Shown: piece after piece, positions 21,632 through 30,893 of the stretch | How the letters are laid out: the number at the start of each line of letters is the position of its first letter | Numbering within the stretch: the first letter of the stretch is position 1 | IMG/VR virus record: IMGVR_UViG_2565956709_000007 | Direction: 5' to 3' (one strand) | DNA: 46,095 nt | From: a virus | Lineage: Duplodnaviria; Heunggongvirae; Uroviricota; Caudoviricetes | The notes under the pieces: model-generated | Seen by the model: the letters and a program-made list of their open reading frames with translations, nothing else | Told to the model about the DNA's origin: nothing | The model's database searches: none | Program-made: the position numbers and the translations under genes

Positions 21632-23140
21632 TTATTCTTCGGACTGGTCGTCGGTGTGCTGCGGCTCCTGTCGTTTCGTTGCGGCACTGCTGCCTCCTTT
21701 ATCACTGGCCGGATCGGTATCAAATACCAGATCCAGCTTGCGGTTTTCATCAATTTCGGCCTTGCGCCGACGTTTGACATCATCCGGATTACGACCACCT
21801 GCACGTACCCAGTCTGATTCTGTCGCTGCTCCACCACGAATCTGAATTTTCCAGGCCTCAGCCTCCTTAACAGGGTCAATCCACGGCATCACCGGTCCGG
21901 AGTACACCGCGGTATACAGTGAAGAACGGTCAAGATCGCGGGGTAGCCTGATAACACCGGATGCCACAGCCTGTTTCAGCCAGGCACGGTACATCGGGCG
22001 GGTGACAGCACCAATAAACCAGTCCTGCAGGATCAGGTAGCCATCAGTGGATTCAACCAGCTCCTGACGCTGGGCGCTGTAAGTGCCGTTATAGTTGCGC
22101 GCTGTACTGGAAAAACTCAGACGACTGCCCGCAGCCACGGCACGCAACTGACCATTACGAAAAGTTTCAAGGTTAGGATTGGGGCGATCCGACTTCACCA
22201 TTCCGATTTCTTCGCCGGGTTTCAGATCGTCGTAAATAATGCCTGGCTGAATGGTAAGCTCGCGTTCCTTATCCTTGCTGCCATTACCATCCGGTTCATA
22301 GCTCTGCCCGTCGCCTTTGCGGATGTACATCCCCAGAGCAGCGGCGATCCTTGCTGCAGTCAGCTCATAATCTTCATAATCTTTCAGGGCACTGAGGCGG
22401 ATCAGCACACCGGACAACAAAGACGTCCCGCGCATCTGGTGCAGACGGCGAACAAATTTAAGATGCAGCATTCGCTCTGCATCCACTTCTTTGGTTTCCA
22501 TCTGCCGTCCGGATACGGGACGGCTTTTATACACCAGATATTTTTCGGGACGCCCCCAGTCATCAACAAACACGCCCTGATTCAGCCTGTTGCTCTCATC
22601 ACTGGTCATGGGAATAAAGTCTGGCTCGAGCGCCTCCAGCCAGAAATGAACACCGGCAGAAGGCGTCAGGCTGTTTATGCGCCCGGAAACCATCTGGGCA
22701 AACACCTCACCATCGCGCAGCCAGGTACGCAGCATCAGACGTTCCAGCATCGGACGGGTAAACTGCCCGGTGACCTCCGGGCTGACAGACCATTCACTCC
22801 ATCGGGTACGTATCTCCGCTGCCAGATCACGGGCAATGGCCCCATTGCGTAATACCGGATGTGGCTCGACAATAATCCCGTTTTTCCCCACCACCCGTTC
22901 TTCCAGCTTGTCAAATACACCAATAACCAGATCGTGGTTGTTATCAAGGTAACGGGCCTGCTCACGTAACGACACGGCCCCGTACTGGCTTAGCTGGTCG
23001 GCAGTTCGGTTCTCCCGTCGGGCTTTGTGTGTCCGCGTCGTTTTTACGGCTTCATAAGCCTGGATCACCGCACGGGAACGCAGCCTTGCCGCTTTCCATC
23101 CTGGTGAAAAAACGCCAATCACATCATCAAGAATTGCCAT
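21632..23140 (-). CDS. B: Portal protein
   Basis: About 500-aa product; start MAILDD.. overlaps the W-like stop (ATGA); position between W and protease/capsid. Confidence 0.85.
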   Translation of the reverse strand: MAILDDVIGVFSPGWKAARLRSRAVIQAYEAVKTTRTHKARRENRTADQLSQYGAVSLREQARYLDNNHDLVIGVFDKLEERVVGKNGIIVEPHPVLRNGAIARDLAAEIRTRWSEWSVSPEVTGQFTRPMLERLMLRTWLRDGEVFAQMVSGRINSLTPSAGVHFWLEALEPDFIPMTSDESNRLNQGVFVDDWGRPEKYLVYKSRPVSGRQMETKEVDAERMLHLKFVRRLHQMRGTSLLSGVLIRLSALKDYEDYELTAARIAAALGMYIRKGDGQSYEPDGNGSKDKERELTIQPGIIYDDLKPGEEIGMVKSDRPNPNLETFRNGQLRAVAAGSRLSFSSTARNYNGTYSAQRQELVESTDGYLILQDWFIGAVTRPMYRAWLKQAVASGVIRLPRDLDRSSLYTAVYSGPVMPWIDPVKEAEAWKIQIRGGAATESDWVRAGGRNPDDVKRRRKAEIDENRKLDLVFDTDPASDKGGSSAATKRQEPQHTDDQSEE

Positions 23141-23358
23141 CAGAACCTCGCCAGCCGATACCCGGGATGCCCCCGTCGTCGTGTAATCAGAGCCGCAAGG
23201 CGGCGCTCCCACTCCTGCCGTCCCTGCCGGATCTCAGATAAGTTTTCCATGGTCATCTGCTGACCATTAAAGGTGACGGATTTTCCGTCCAGCACCGCCA
23301 TTTCAGCTTCCGTATAACGCTGAATCATGGCTTCGATATCATTCTGGTTCATAACCAT
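23140..23358 (-). CDS. W: Head-tail joining protein (gpW-like)
   Basis: 72-aa product ending ...RRRGHPGYRLARF, similar to lambda W; overlaps the terminase stop. Confidence 0.65.
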   Translation of the reverse strand: MVMNQNDIEAMIQRYTEAEMAVLDGKSVTFNGQQMTMENLSEIRQGRQEWERRLAALITRRRGHPGYRLARF

Positions 23359-25451
23359 CCTCCGGAAGTCAGCCAGGGGTTAACATCGTCAGTTACTGTT
23401 TTCTTCCGTTTTTGTTTTTTAACAGGCGTGGATACCGGTTCCGGTGAGGATGACGGTTCGGTACTGTCCGGGACACACTCCAGCCAGGTTTCCCGGCTCG
23501 CCCACTCCGGTGCATCCGGCCAGCGGATCTTTTCGTATCCATGCAGAATGACCAGAGCCTCGGCATACACCATCAGGTCAAAAGCTTCGTTGGCACCGCG
23601 ACCCGGCTTACTCCATTTCCCGTCACTGCTCCGCTCTTCATACGTCAGTTCGTCGTAAAACCAGCTCCCCAGCCAGTCAGGGAAATGCACATAGCCGGGA
23701 CCTGGCGAGTCACGCCATAACGCGTTATTCACCCGGTCTTTCAGTGCATCCGTCTGAAGAAGCCAGAGCGGCACATCACCTGCGGCCTGCGCCCGTCGGC
23801 CCGTTCGTCCGGTGTTATCAGGGAATGTACGGGTGATCAGTTTTGCGCGCCGGATGCTGTCGCCCTTAAACAGGTAAATACGTTTACCAAGGCCATCACG
23901 ACGGCAACGACGCCAGAATTTATAGGCATTATCAGTGACCCCGTCTTCACCGCCGGAGTCCACCGCCATTGCCATCAGTCGCATTTGTTGAGAAGGATCG
24001 GAGGCCAGCGGCCAGCTTTTATGAAAAACATCCGTCAGCAGGACATCCCAGTCTTCCGGATAGCTGGCCGGATCAATTCGCTGGCTCTCCCCGTCGCTGT
24101 CACCGCGCAATGACTGCGTGATGTTGTAACGATCAATAATCCAGCGTTCGCCACGGCTGCCATAGCCCGTTACCTGAACCACAAAACGGCGATGACGTCC
24201 CGCCTGCACATCCACTGTCGCCACAAGGAAATTAACGCCATCCGGCACACTGCGGGAAGGAACTGGCTCTGCCCGCTGCTCAAGCAGTTCACTTTTTCGT
24301 TGCTCCATGCTGGCGCGGGGAAGATAAGGTAATCCCCAGTCGGTATTGATAACCGTCTTGAGTGTTTCTTCACTTCCGGTTGTCTCGTATTCCTGTTCTG
24401 CAGTAAGCAGTTTGTAAACGAGTTGCGAGAGTGTCTGGTAAGCAGCTGCCGGACCCTCCATCCAGAATGACGCAATACGTGAGCGTCGGGGATCACCATA
24501 ACGACTGCCATCCGCATTGATGGATTCACCATCCCGCAACCAGACCCCACGTCCGTTCAGCTCACGTTTTTGTTCAGGCATAATCCGTCCTGAACAGGAA
24601 GGACACTGAATATAAGCCGCCTCACTTGCCAGCACGGGATCGGCAATATCACGGAAACCAGCAACCACATCGCCGCAGGGCTGAAAATACTCACCACAGT
24701 GTGGACAGGGCCAGTACCAGCGACGGCGATCACCACGGTTATAGAGCGACAGGATCCCCGTGGTTGGTGGAGCCTCATGCGGTGAAGTCCGTCGCCATTT
24801 CACATCCTTCACATCCCTGCCGGGGGAACTCTCCACCAGCGTCATACCGCTGGACATAAATGTGGTGGTACGTTTTGAGGCAAGAGAGAAAGCATCCCCC
24901 TCGCCATCAATATCTTCCGGAAAACGGTCATAATCCGTCAGCGCGACGCATTTATAATCTGATGAGGACATGATATTGACTGACGGCCAGCCGATTTTCA
25001 GGTAGTTACCAGCAAGGAATGTTCTGTCATAAACGTTGTTGTCATTTTTGTTCGGACTCAGGCGACTGACCACTTCCGGGCTGACGCGAAACGTTCTGGC
25101 GAGTCGTTTTTTGGAGTGTTCGCGGGCTTTTTCCTCCGTCATCTGAATGATCAGCATATCAGCAGGATCGCAAATCACGTTGTAAATCACCCAGCCGTCA
25201 ATCAGGCCGATAGTCTTGCCGGTTCGTGCCGGGCCAACAAATATCACTGCGTCGTATTCACGCGAGGCCAGGCAGTTCATCGGCTCAATAACATACGGTG
25301 CCACCAGCGGATCCCACGGGACTGAGTTCCCTGCCCCCATGGGCACCCGCATATACTGAGCAACGGCATCAGCAACCCGCATTCGTCTCGGTGCGCGAAG
25401 GATATAACCTGAATCGGTTCGTGCTGCCTTTGCGGTTTCCTGATTCAGCAT
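23349..25451 (-). CDS. A: Terminase large subunit (lambda A family)
   Basis: 700-aa product with Walker A (VGPARTGKT) and zinc-finger-like CPHCGEYFQ...CPSCSG motifs. Confidence 0.9.
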   Translation of the reverse strand: MLNQETAKAARTDSGYILRAPRRMRVADAVAQYMRVPMGAGNSVPWDPLVAPYVIEPMNCLASREYDAVIFVGPARTGKTIGLIDGWVIYNVICDPADMLIIQMTEEKAREHSKKRLARTFRVSPEVVSRLSPNKNDNNVYDRTFLAGNYLKIGWPSVNIMSSSDYKCVALTDYDRFPEDIDGEGDAFSLASKRTTTFMSSGMTLVESSPGRDVKDVKWRRTSPHEAPPTTGILSLYNRGDRRRWYWPCPHCGEYFQPCGDVVAGFRDIADPVLASEAAYIQCPSCSGRIMPEQKRELNGRGVWLRDGESINADGSRYGDPRRSRIASFWMEGPAAAYQTLSQLVYKLLTAEQEYETTGSEETLKTVINTDWGLPYLPRASMEQRKSELLEQRAEPVPSRSVPDGVNFLVATVDVQAGRHRRFVVQVTGYGSRGERWIIDRYNITQSLRGDSDGESQRIDPASYPEDWDVLLTDVFHKSWPLASDPSQQMRLMAMAVDSGGEDGVTDNAYKFWRRCRRDGLGKRIYLFKGDSIRRAKLITRTFPDNTGRTGRRAQAAGDVPLWLLQTDALKDRVNNALWRDSPGPGYVHFPDWLGSWFYDELTYEERSSDGKWSKPGRGANEAFDLMVYAEALVILHGYEKIRWPDAPEWASRETWLECVPDSTEPSSSPEPVSTPVKKQKRKKTVTDDVNPWLTSGGWL

Positions 25452-25945
25452 TACTCCTCCTGCTGTAATTCCTCCTCATCATCCGCACCTGCTTCAGTCA
25501 CCCGCAGGGCTATCTGATCGCGCAGATCATCAATAATGGACTGAACACGGCTCACAGCGGCAGGCTGCAGACCGCAGTCACGTTCCAGAATATCCGGTAA
25601 TGTCTCCAGCACCTGCACGACCGCTTTTGCCCAGATGGCAAACTCCCGTCTGACATCACTGGCCGGAATGAGTTGTGCCGTTTCCTGTTCGAACTTAAGA
25701 CGCTCACGTTCAGACTGATACCAGGCTTTGCGCTCATGCGCGTCCATTTCGCCTTCTGCAACCGGCGGTGGCAATGCCAGAAATGCCGACACAATATCAA
25801 CCACCCGATAAAGCTTGAGGTTGCTTTCATGCCCCCCTGCAACGGGTAGATTTTGCAGCCTTGCCGCAGCAGTCTGGCGATGTACACCTGACAGTGCCGC
25901 CAGTTGACTGATATTCAGCGTCAGATTTTTTAACTCTCGATCCAT
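25451..25945 (-). CDS. Terminase small subunit (Nu1-like, N-terminal HTH)
   Basis: 164-aa product with HTH LNISQLAALSGVHRQTAAARL and acidic C-terminus; immediately upstream of the large subunit. Confidence 0.8.
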   Translation of the reverse strand: MDRELKNLTLNISQLAALSGVHRQTAAARLQNLPVAGGHESNLKLYRVVDIVSAFLALPPPVAEGEMDAHERKAWYQSERERLKFEQETAQLIPASDVRREFAIWAKAVVQVLETLPDILERDCGLQPAAVSRVQSIIDDLRDQIALRVTEAGADDEEELQQEE

Positions 25946-26050
25946 ACCCGCTCCAGAATGTTTTAAACATGCATCTTGCGAACAACTTTAGGCAAACGGT
26001 GTTAGTGATGAACAAAAAACAATCAAAATCGACACCATAAAAATAAAACC

Positions 26051-26078
26051 ACTGTAATATCAATCTATTACAGTGGTG
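26051..26078. repeat. Perfect 11-bp inverted repeat with 6-bp spacer upstream of the small terminase gene (possible cosB/accessory protein site)
   Basis: ccactgtaata-tcaatc-tattacagtgg. Confidence 0.3.
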
Positions 26079-26114
26079 GTGATGACGAATGAAATTTCAA
26101 AAACTAGCCTTTTT

Positions 26115-26132
26115 CCGCGACGCTCCCGCCCC
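26115..26132. other. Candidate cosN (cohesive end site)
   Basis: Minus-strand GGGGCGGGAGCGTCGCGG resembles my recollection of lambda cosN (GGGCGGCGACCTCGCGG), about 180 bp upstream of the small terminase start. Confidence 0.35.
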
Positions 26133-26497
26133 GTGGCAGGGCCCCTCACTGGTAGGACCCGACAGCCTGACAACCGTGACGAGCATCTGAAACAGAGCTT
26201 TACATAATGGCATGGGGATAATTCAGAAGGACATCACAGCATGCCCACACAAATTAGTGTGAGTGTCCTGTTTCTTACTACGCGCAGGACTGACGAGCAT
26301 GAGGGGAAAATACGAGAACCGAAATGCCTTATCTTCAGAAATGCAGCCAGCATCCGAACTGGACGATATTGTAAATTCACCTAAATACGAGGCATTGCTG
26401 TAGTTGAATTACAGTACTGTATTAGCCTGACAGTGACAGAATACGATATTGACTCTGTCACTTGTGAAATGGTCAGAATGGTTAGCAGTTATGGTGA

Positions 26498-26704
26498 TCA
26501 ATCAACCACCAGGGAATAATCCTTCGTATTCTTATCGTGCTTCACTAACGCTGCCTCAATTGCCCTGAATGCTTCCAGAGATACTTGATGTTCTATACAT
26601 GCAATTATAACATCCGGGTAACTCATCGAAATGGTGCTATTAAGCATAGTTTTTACACGAACCTGCTCTTGGGAGGGGGCCTCAGTACATTGATCTTTAT
26701 GCAT
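26498..26704 (-). CDS. Small hypothetical protein (YbcW/YnfN-like by size and position)
   Basis: 68-aa ORF with GGAG 8 nt upstream of the ATG, AT-rich; family assignment tentative. Confidence 0.35.
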   Translation of the reverse strand: MHKDQCTEAPSQEQVRVKTMLNSTISMSYPDVIIACIEHQVSLEAFRAIEAALVKHDKNTKDYSLVVD

Positions 26705-26991
26705 TTTGTCGCTCCATGCGTTTGTTCTTCACTTGTCGCTAAAAATATAACTTCAAATCTTTGAGCGTGGAAGTGTGGAAGTCACTGCGCGTTGATCTTG
26801 CATACATCGGTCGTTTGTTTCCCACCTGGCATATCAGAAAAACCAGGTTTTATAGCGGAATCAATACTATGTATTTTCCACCTGACTTTTGACATAAATC
26901 ATCAATAAAACATATAAAGGTCAGACCAGATTGAAACGATAAAAACGATCTTGCAAACTACGTGCCCTCATACCATATGGAAGGTTTATCT

Positions 26992-27402
26992 ATGGATCAG
27001 GTAGTCATTTTTAAACAAATATTTGATAAAGTTCGAAACGATTTAAACTATCAATGGTTTTATTCTGAGCTAAAACGTCACAATGTCTCACATTACATTT
27101 ACTATTTAGCTACAGATAATGTTCATATTGTATTAAAAAATGATAATACAGTGTTATTAAAGGGCCTAAAAAACATTGTGTCTGTCAAATTTTCAAAGGA
27201 TAGGCATCTTATAGAAACGACCGCTAATAAGCTGAAATCCAGTGAGATCACATTTCAGGAATACAGAAGAAACCTTGCTAAAGCAGGAGTTTTTCGGTGG
27301 GTTACAAATATCCACGAACAAAAAAGATATTACTATACCTTTGATAATTCATTACTCTTTACTGAAAACATACAGAGCACATCACAAATATTTCCACACT
27401 AA
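26992..27402 (+). CDS. DUF1398-family protein (YdfO/YbcV-like)
   Basis: 136-aa AT-rich ORF opposite to the late operon, GGAAGG 7 nt upstream of ATG 26992; same relative position as ydfO/ybcV in Qin/DLP12; family from memory. Confidence 0.5.
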   Translation: MDQVVIFKQIFDKVRNDLNYQWFYSELKRHNVSHYIYYLATDNVHIVLKNDNTVLLKGLKNIVSVKFSKDRHLIETTANKLKSSEITFQEYRRNLAKAGVFRWVTNIHEQKRYYYTFDNSLLFTENIQSTSQIFPH

Positions 27403-27721
27403 ACCATAACGTCCGGTTTTTTCTACCCCAGCACCGGACTGGCTGACATAAAGAGCAACCCCACGTTAAGTTGACGCGTTAATAACCCGGTGTACATCGT
27501 TTTTGATTATTCCCCCACACTCGCGCAGAAGGAGTTCCCCGTCAGGCTACAGTCATAATTAATGCAAGAGTACAGCGACGATACAGCGCACAGAAATAAA
27601 TCAGGTATCCATTGACTTCACAAAGACGGTGCATAGCATCGACAGGAGTAATTGCGTAAATTGAACTCTTGGCACACTTTAGCCACAGGCGAATCTTCAG
27701 CGGATTATCCTTGGCCGGTTT

Positions 27722-28186
27722 TTATCTGAGGCATTGCTCTCGAATGTATAGCTGTGCCCCTTCAAGTTGTTTTTGCATTATTATCAGTCGCGCTCTGAGG
27801 GTGAAATAATCCCGTTCAGCGGTGTCTGCCAGTCGGGGGGAGGCTGCATTATCCACGCCGGAGGCGGTGGTGGCTTCACGCACTGACTGACAGACTGCTT
27901 TGATGTGCAACCGACGACGACCAGCGGCAACATCATCACGCAGAGCATCATTTTCAGCTTTCGCATCAGCTAACTCCTTCGTGTATTTTGCATCGAGCGC
28001 AGCAACATCACGCTGACGCATCTGCATGTCAGTAATTGCCGCGTTCGCCAGCTTCAGTTCTCTGACATTTTTGTCGCGCTGGGCTTTGTAGGTAATGGCG
28101 TTATCACGGTAATGATTCAGCCCCAGACTAAGCGCACCACAGGCCGCCAGCAGGGCAATGATGACCACGCACAGTACGCGGTTCAT
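27722..28186 (-). CDS. Rz: Spanin inner membrane subunit Rz
   Basis: Product ...[79 protein letters not shown]... near-identical to lambda Rz. Confidence 0.9.
   Translation of the reverse strand: MNRVLCVVIIALLAACGALSLGLNHYRDNAITYKAQRDKNVRELKLANAAITDMQMRQRDVAALDAKYTKELADAKAENDALRDDVAAGRRRLHIKAVCQSVREATTASGVDNAASPRLADTAERDYFTLRARLIIMQKQLEGAQLYIREQCLR
27784..27966 (-). CDS. Rz1: Spanin outer membrane lipoprotein Rz1 (embedded in Rz, +1 frame)
   Basis: 60-aa product [24 protein letters not shown]... with lipobox and Pro-rich tail as in lambda Rz1. Confidence 0.8.
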   Translation of the reverse strand: MRKLKMMLCVMMLPLVVVGCTSKQSVSQCVKPPPPPAWIMQPPPDWQTPLNGIISPSERD

Positions 28187-28187
28187 T

Positions 28188-28286
28188 TCACCACCAGCGT
28201 ATCTGACCGATGAAATAACCGGAGGCCATAATCACAAACACCAGCCAGATAAGAATGAACTTCCAGGTGGATAATTTTTCAGCCAT
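28188..28286 (-). CDS. Hypothetical 32-aa single-TM peptide between endolysin and Rz (not in the ORF track)
   Basis: ATG 28286 with GGGAG upstream; translation [32 protein letters not shown]; stop 2 nt before the Rz ATG. Confidence 0.3.
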   Translation of the reverse strand: MAEKLSTWKFILIWLVFVIMASGYFIGQIRWW

Positions 28287-28361
28287 CACTCGAATCTCCC
28301 GAATCAGTTTGCTAAAATCAAACACACTTTCTCCTTTGACTTTTCCGGAGTCAGGAAACAC

Positions 28362-28396
28362 AAAACCCCGCTTGGTGCCAACAAACGGGGTTTTTA
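28362..28396. terminator. Terminator-like hairpin between endolysin and the small ORF/Rz
   Basis: aaaaccccg ... cggggttttt read directly. Confidence 0.4.
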
Positions 28397-28484
28397 CTTT
28401 TATTCACTTACGTTTCGCCTGTTCGCAGGATTTCATGTTATCCGCCCGCGTGGCCATGCCTTATTTTTCAGCAAAATATTCTGC

Positions 28485-29018
28485 TTATCTGTCGATACCC
28501 CAGCACGCCAGCGCGCTCTCCTGGTCACGACGGGATACCTGACCGTAGCAGTTGTTTGAACGAATACGGCAGTCTCTGCCACCGTCCTTAATCCACCAGC
28601 GAATCGCCTCACACGCGCCCCTGCGATCACCTGCATTAATTCGTTTATAAAACGTCGACGGGAAACACTTACTGGGACCAATGTTGTACGGACAGAATGA
28701 CGCGATCCCCGCTTTCTGGGGTTCGCTCAATGGCACTTTGATGTTTTTCTCCACCCATGCCAGCGCCTTATCACGCTCAATGGCGTTGACCTGGTCGCAT
28801 TTTTCCTTCGACAGTTTCATACCGGGAAAAACGGGTTTTCCATCCACCATCGTGGCCCCCCGACAGATGGTCCAGATGCCGGAACCATCGCGGTATGCCG
28901 TTGTGTGGTTACCCTCTTTTTCGTCCAGAAACTGGTCAAGTATCTGAGGAGCAGACGCGCCTGCAGCAATCAGCGCCAGAACAGCAGCTGACAGGGCGTA
29001 TTTGATTTTTGCGCTCAT
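28485..29018 (-). CDS. R: SAR endolysin (phage-21 R-type lysozyme)
   Basis: N-terminal signal-anchor-release segment KYALSAAVLALIAAGASAPQ followed by catalytic region EGNHTTAYRDGSGIWTICRGAT. Confidence 0.85.
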   Translation of the reverse strand: MSAKIKYALSAAVLALIAAGASAPQILDQFLDEKEGNHTTAYRDGSGIWTICRGATMVDGKPVFPGMKLSKEKCDQVNAIERDKALAWVEKNIKVPLSEPQKAGIASFCPYNIGPSKCFPSTFYKRINAGDRRGACEAIRWWIKDGGRDCRIRSNNCYGQVSRRDQESALACWGIDR

Positions 29019-29073
29019 GGATATTTATCAGGATGCTACCAATGAAAGATACCGGAAAGCCAACTGCAAAAAG

Positions 29074-29388
29074 CTAACAACCCGTAATCGAGTTATCAGA
29101 ACTGTTAATTTTTATGGTATACCGCGCCTCTGAACAGGGGCGCGTTTCTGGCAACAGCTCGTCCCCTTCACATAACCCGGCAGCAACATCCAGGAAGACC
29201 TGTCTGATGCTCCTTCTGGCTGCTGACTCATAAAACTCCAGCGCGGCACCTTCAACACGGTCCAGCGAGATGTCCAGGTCAAAAATTTCACCGTCAAAGC
29301 GTTTTTTGTCCCGTAACGCTAAAGTTACCGTAACTTTATTCTCAAAATTGCGGATCCCTTTCACAATCAGTTCATATTTTTGAGTCAT
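29074..29388 (-). CDS. YdfR-like (DUF1327-type) protein inserted between holin and endolysin
   Basis: 104-aa ORF at the position occupied by ydfR in the Qin lysis cassette; assignment from memory. Confidence 0.45.
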   Translation of the reverse strand: MTQKYELIVKGIRNFENKVTVTLALRDKKRFDGEIFDLDISLDRVEGAALEFYESAARRSIRQVFLDVAAGLCEGDELLPETRPCSEARYTIKINSSDNSITGC

Positions 29389-29392
29389 TGAA

Positions 29393-29608
29393 TTACTCTC
29401 CCCGTGCAGCCTTACGCTTGTCTTCTTTAATCTTGAAATAAAGGTTTGTCAGGTACGTCAGCAGGCCAAATACCAGGCTACCCAGCACACCTATTGCTGC
29501 CCACTGTGAGGGCGTGACTTTATCGAGCAGCTGTAAAAACCAGTAGCCAGCACTGCCTGCGGAGGTGCCGTAGGCAATGCCTGTTGAAATTTTGTCCATG
29601 GATTTCAT
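29393..29608 (-). CDS. S: Pinholin (S21-type) with dual start motif
   Basis: Product [71 protein letters not shown]; GGAGG upstream; two ATGs three codons apart. Confidence 0.85.
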   Translation of the reverse strand: MKSMDKISTGIAYGTSAGSAGYWFLQLLDKVTPSQWAAIGVLGSLVFGLLTYLTNLYFKIKEDKRKAARGE

Positions 29609-29711
29609 AGCCTCACCTCCGCACGGAACGGATGGCATAGTTATTATGTGTAGGCTTCCAGACACATCAATCAGAGCCATAATTGATATATATGCTGGAG
29701 ACGATGCAATA

Positions 29712-29734
29712 TAAAAAGCTCGCCGTAGCGAGCT
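29712..29734 (-). terminator. Rho-independent terminator downstream of the lipoprotein cassette
   Basis: agctcgc-cgta-gcgagct with an A5 run on the plus strand (U-run on the minus transcript). Confidence 0.5.
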
Positions 29735-29859
29735 AATAAAATGTATTTCTCTGATATTATGTTTATTTGTATTAGCTCAGACTTGACATCACAGGTTTCG
29801 TATATAGAACATCATCAAATCTGTCAGTTTGCTATGAATGAGATATAGTAATTGAAGAG

Positions 29860-30255
29860 CTAACCTCGCATGTCAAAGCCAGATTTCTGAAAATCTCTGT
29901 AGACTTCCGGATTGTTGAAGGCCGGAAATTTGGCTTTATGAGCTGCGGACTTTATCGCTTCGCAATAGGCTTTATCACCGTTACTGGTAGATATTTTTAA
30001 CGCCGTGCCATCCTGAGAGAATTCCATATGCAACCTGCATTTTTTCCCTTTCCAGTTATGCGGCTCATCAAGTTTGGCATTAATTGCAGCTCTGATTCCC
30101 CGCGCTTGCGCCCCCCATTCATCCTGATCATCCCAGCGTCCTGAACTGCAACTACCTGTAGCAGTAGTTTTGTGGCAATCTGAAGGGTGTAAAGGTGTGC
30201 ATCCCGCAACAAAACCGACCCAAAAAGTCAACATAACGATTTTCTTTAATCCCAC
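29860..30255 (-). CDS. Lipoprotein with divergent TolA domain-III-like C-terminal domain
   Basis: GTG start with GAGGAG upstream; signal peptide MGLKKIVMLTFWVGFVAGC (lipobox); C-terminal ...KGKKCRLHMEFSQDGTALKIS..GDKAYCEAIKSAAHKAKFPAFNNPEVYRDFQ paralogous to the next gene. Confidence 0.5.
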   Translation of the reverse strand: MGLKKIVMLTFWVGFVAGCTPLHPSDCHKTTATGSCSSGRWDDQDEWGAQARGIRAAINAKLDEPHNWKGKKCRLHMEFSQDGTALKISTSNGDKAYCEAIKSAAHKAKFPAFNNPEVYRDFQKSGFDMRG

Positions 30256-30405
30256 TTCTTGCTCCTCAATCCATTAAAATCTCAGCAATAGTAGTTGTTA
30301 CGTCCGCCACTGGCTCAGAGCTGACTATCCGCTAAATTTAGCTCAGTGCCGTAGTTGTGTCAGAACAAACCTAAGCCGAAACCGTTTATTACAAAACAAT
30401 AAATA

Positions 30406-30834
30406 TCAGGGTTTAAAATCCAGCACCCCATTTTGAAATACTTTATATACTTCCGGCGAAGGGGGGGCAGGTATATCAGCATTCTTTATCGCATTCATCG
30501 CTTCACGACATAAATCGAGGTCTCCACTTTCTCTTTTAACCTCCAGTAGAAGGCCATTCGGGGCCATATGCATTCTCAGTGTACACTCTTTTCCTGAATA
30601 CTTACTCGCATCCCCGAACTGTTTTTCGATGGCGCTCTTGATTTGATGGGCATACAGACGGATATCCTCACTAACATCAGAAGTACGTTCAGATGAACTC
30701 ACATACTGTGTCTCTATTGCTTTATCGGAGTAATATGATGTACGGTCATGATAATTTGTCGATACAGCATCAGTGCACCCGATAATAATCCCACTAATAA
30801 TCAACGTAAGAATTGATGCGCTACGAAAACCCAT
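30406..30834 (-). CDS. Lipoprotein with TolA domain-III-like C-terminal domain
   Basis: Signal peptide with lipobox IIGC; C-terminal HQIKSAIEKQFGDASKYSGKECTLRMHMAPNGLLLEVKRESGDLDLCREAMNAIKNADIPAPPSPEVYKVFQNGVLDFKP closely resembles my recollection of the E. coli TolA C-terminus. Confidence 0.55.
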   Translation of the reverse strand: MGFRSASILTLIISGIIIGCTDAVSTNYHDRTSYYSDKAIETQYVSSSERTSDVSEDIRLYAHQIKSAIEKQFGDASKYSGKECTLRMHMAPNGLLLEVKRESGDLDLCREAMNAIKNADIPAPPSPEVYKVFQNGVLDFKP

Positions 30835-30863
30835 TTTTCCTCACATATGTCATATAGTAAAGG

Positions 30864-30893
30864 ATTATATATACCGTTGTTTTGGACGCTCAA
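30864..30893 (-). promoter_or_regulatory. Candidate sigma70 promoter for the lipoprotein cassette
   Basis: Minus-strand TTGAGC, 18-bp spacer, TATAAT about 30 nt upstream of the ATG at 30834. Confidence 0.35.

Noticed and set aside
25827-26063. 78-aa minus-strand ORF overlapping the small terminase 5' end and the cos region
   Set aside because: Overlaps the better-supported small terminase gene and the candidate packaging site; no RBS.
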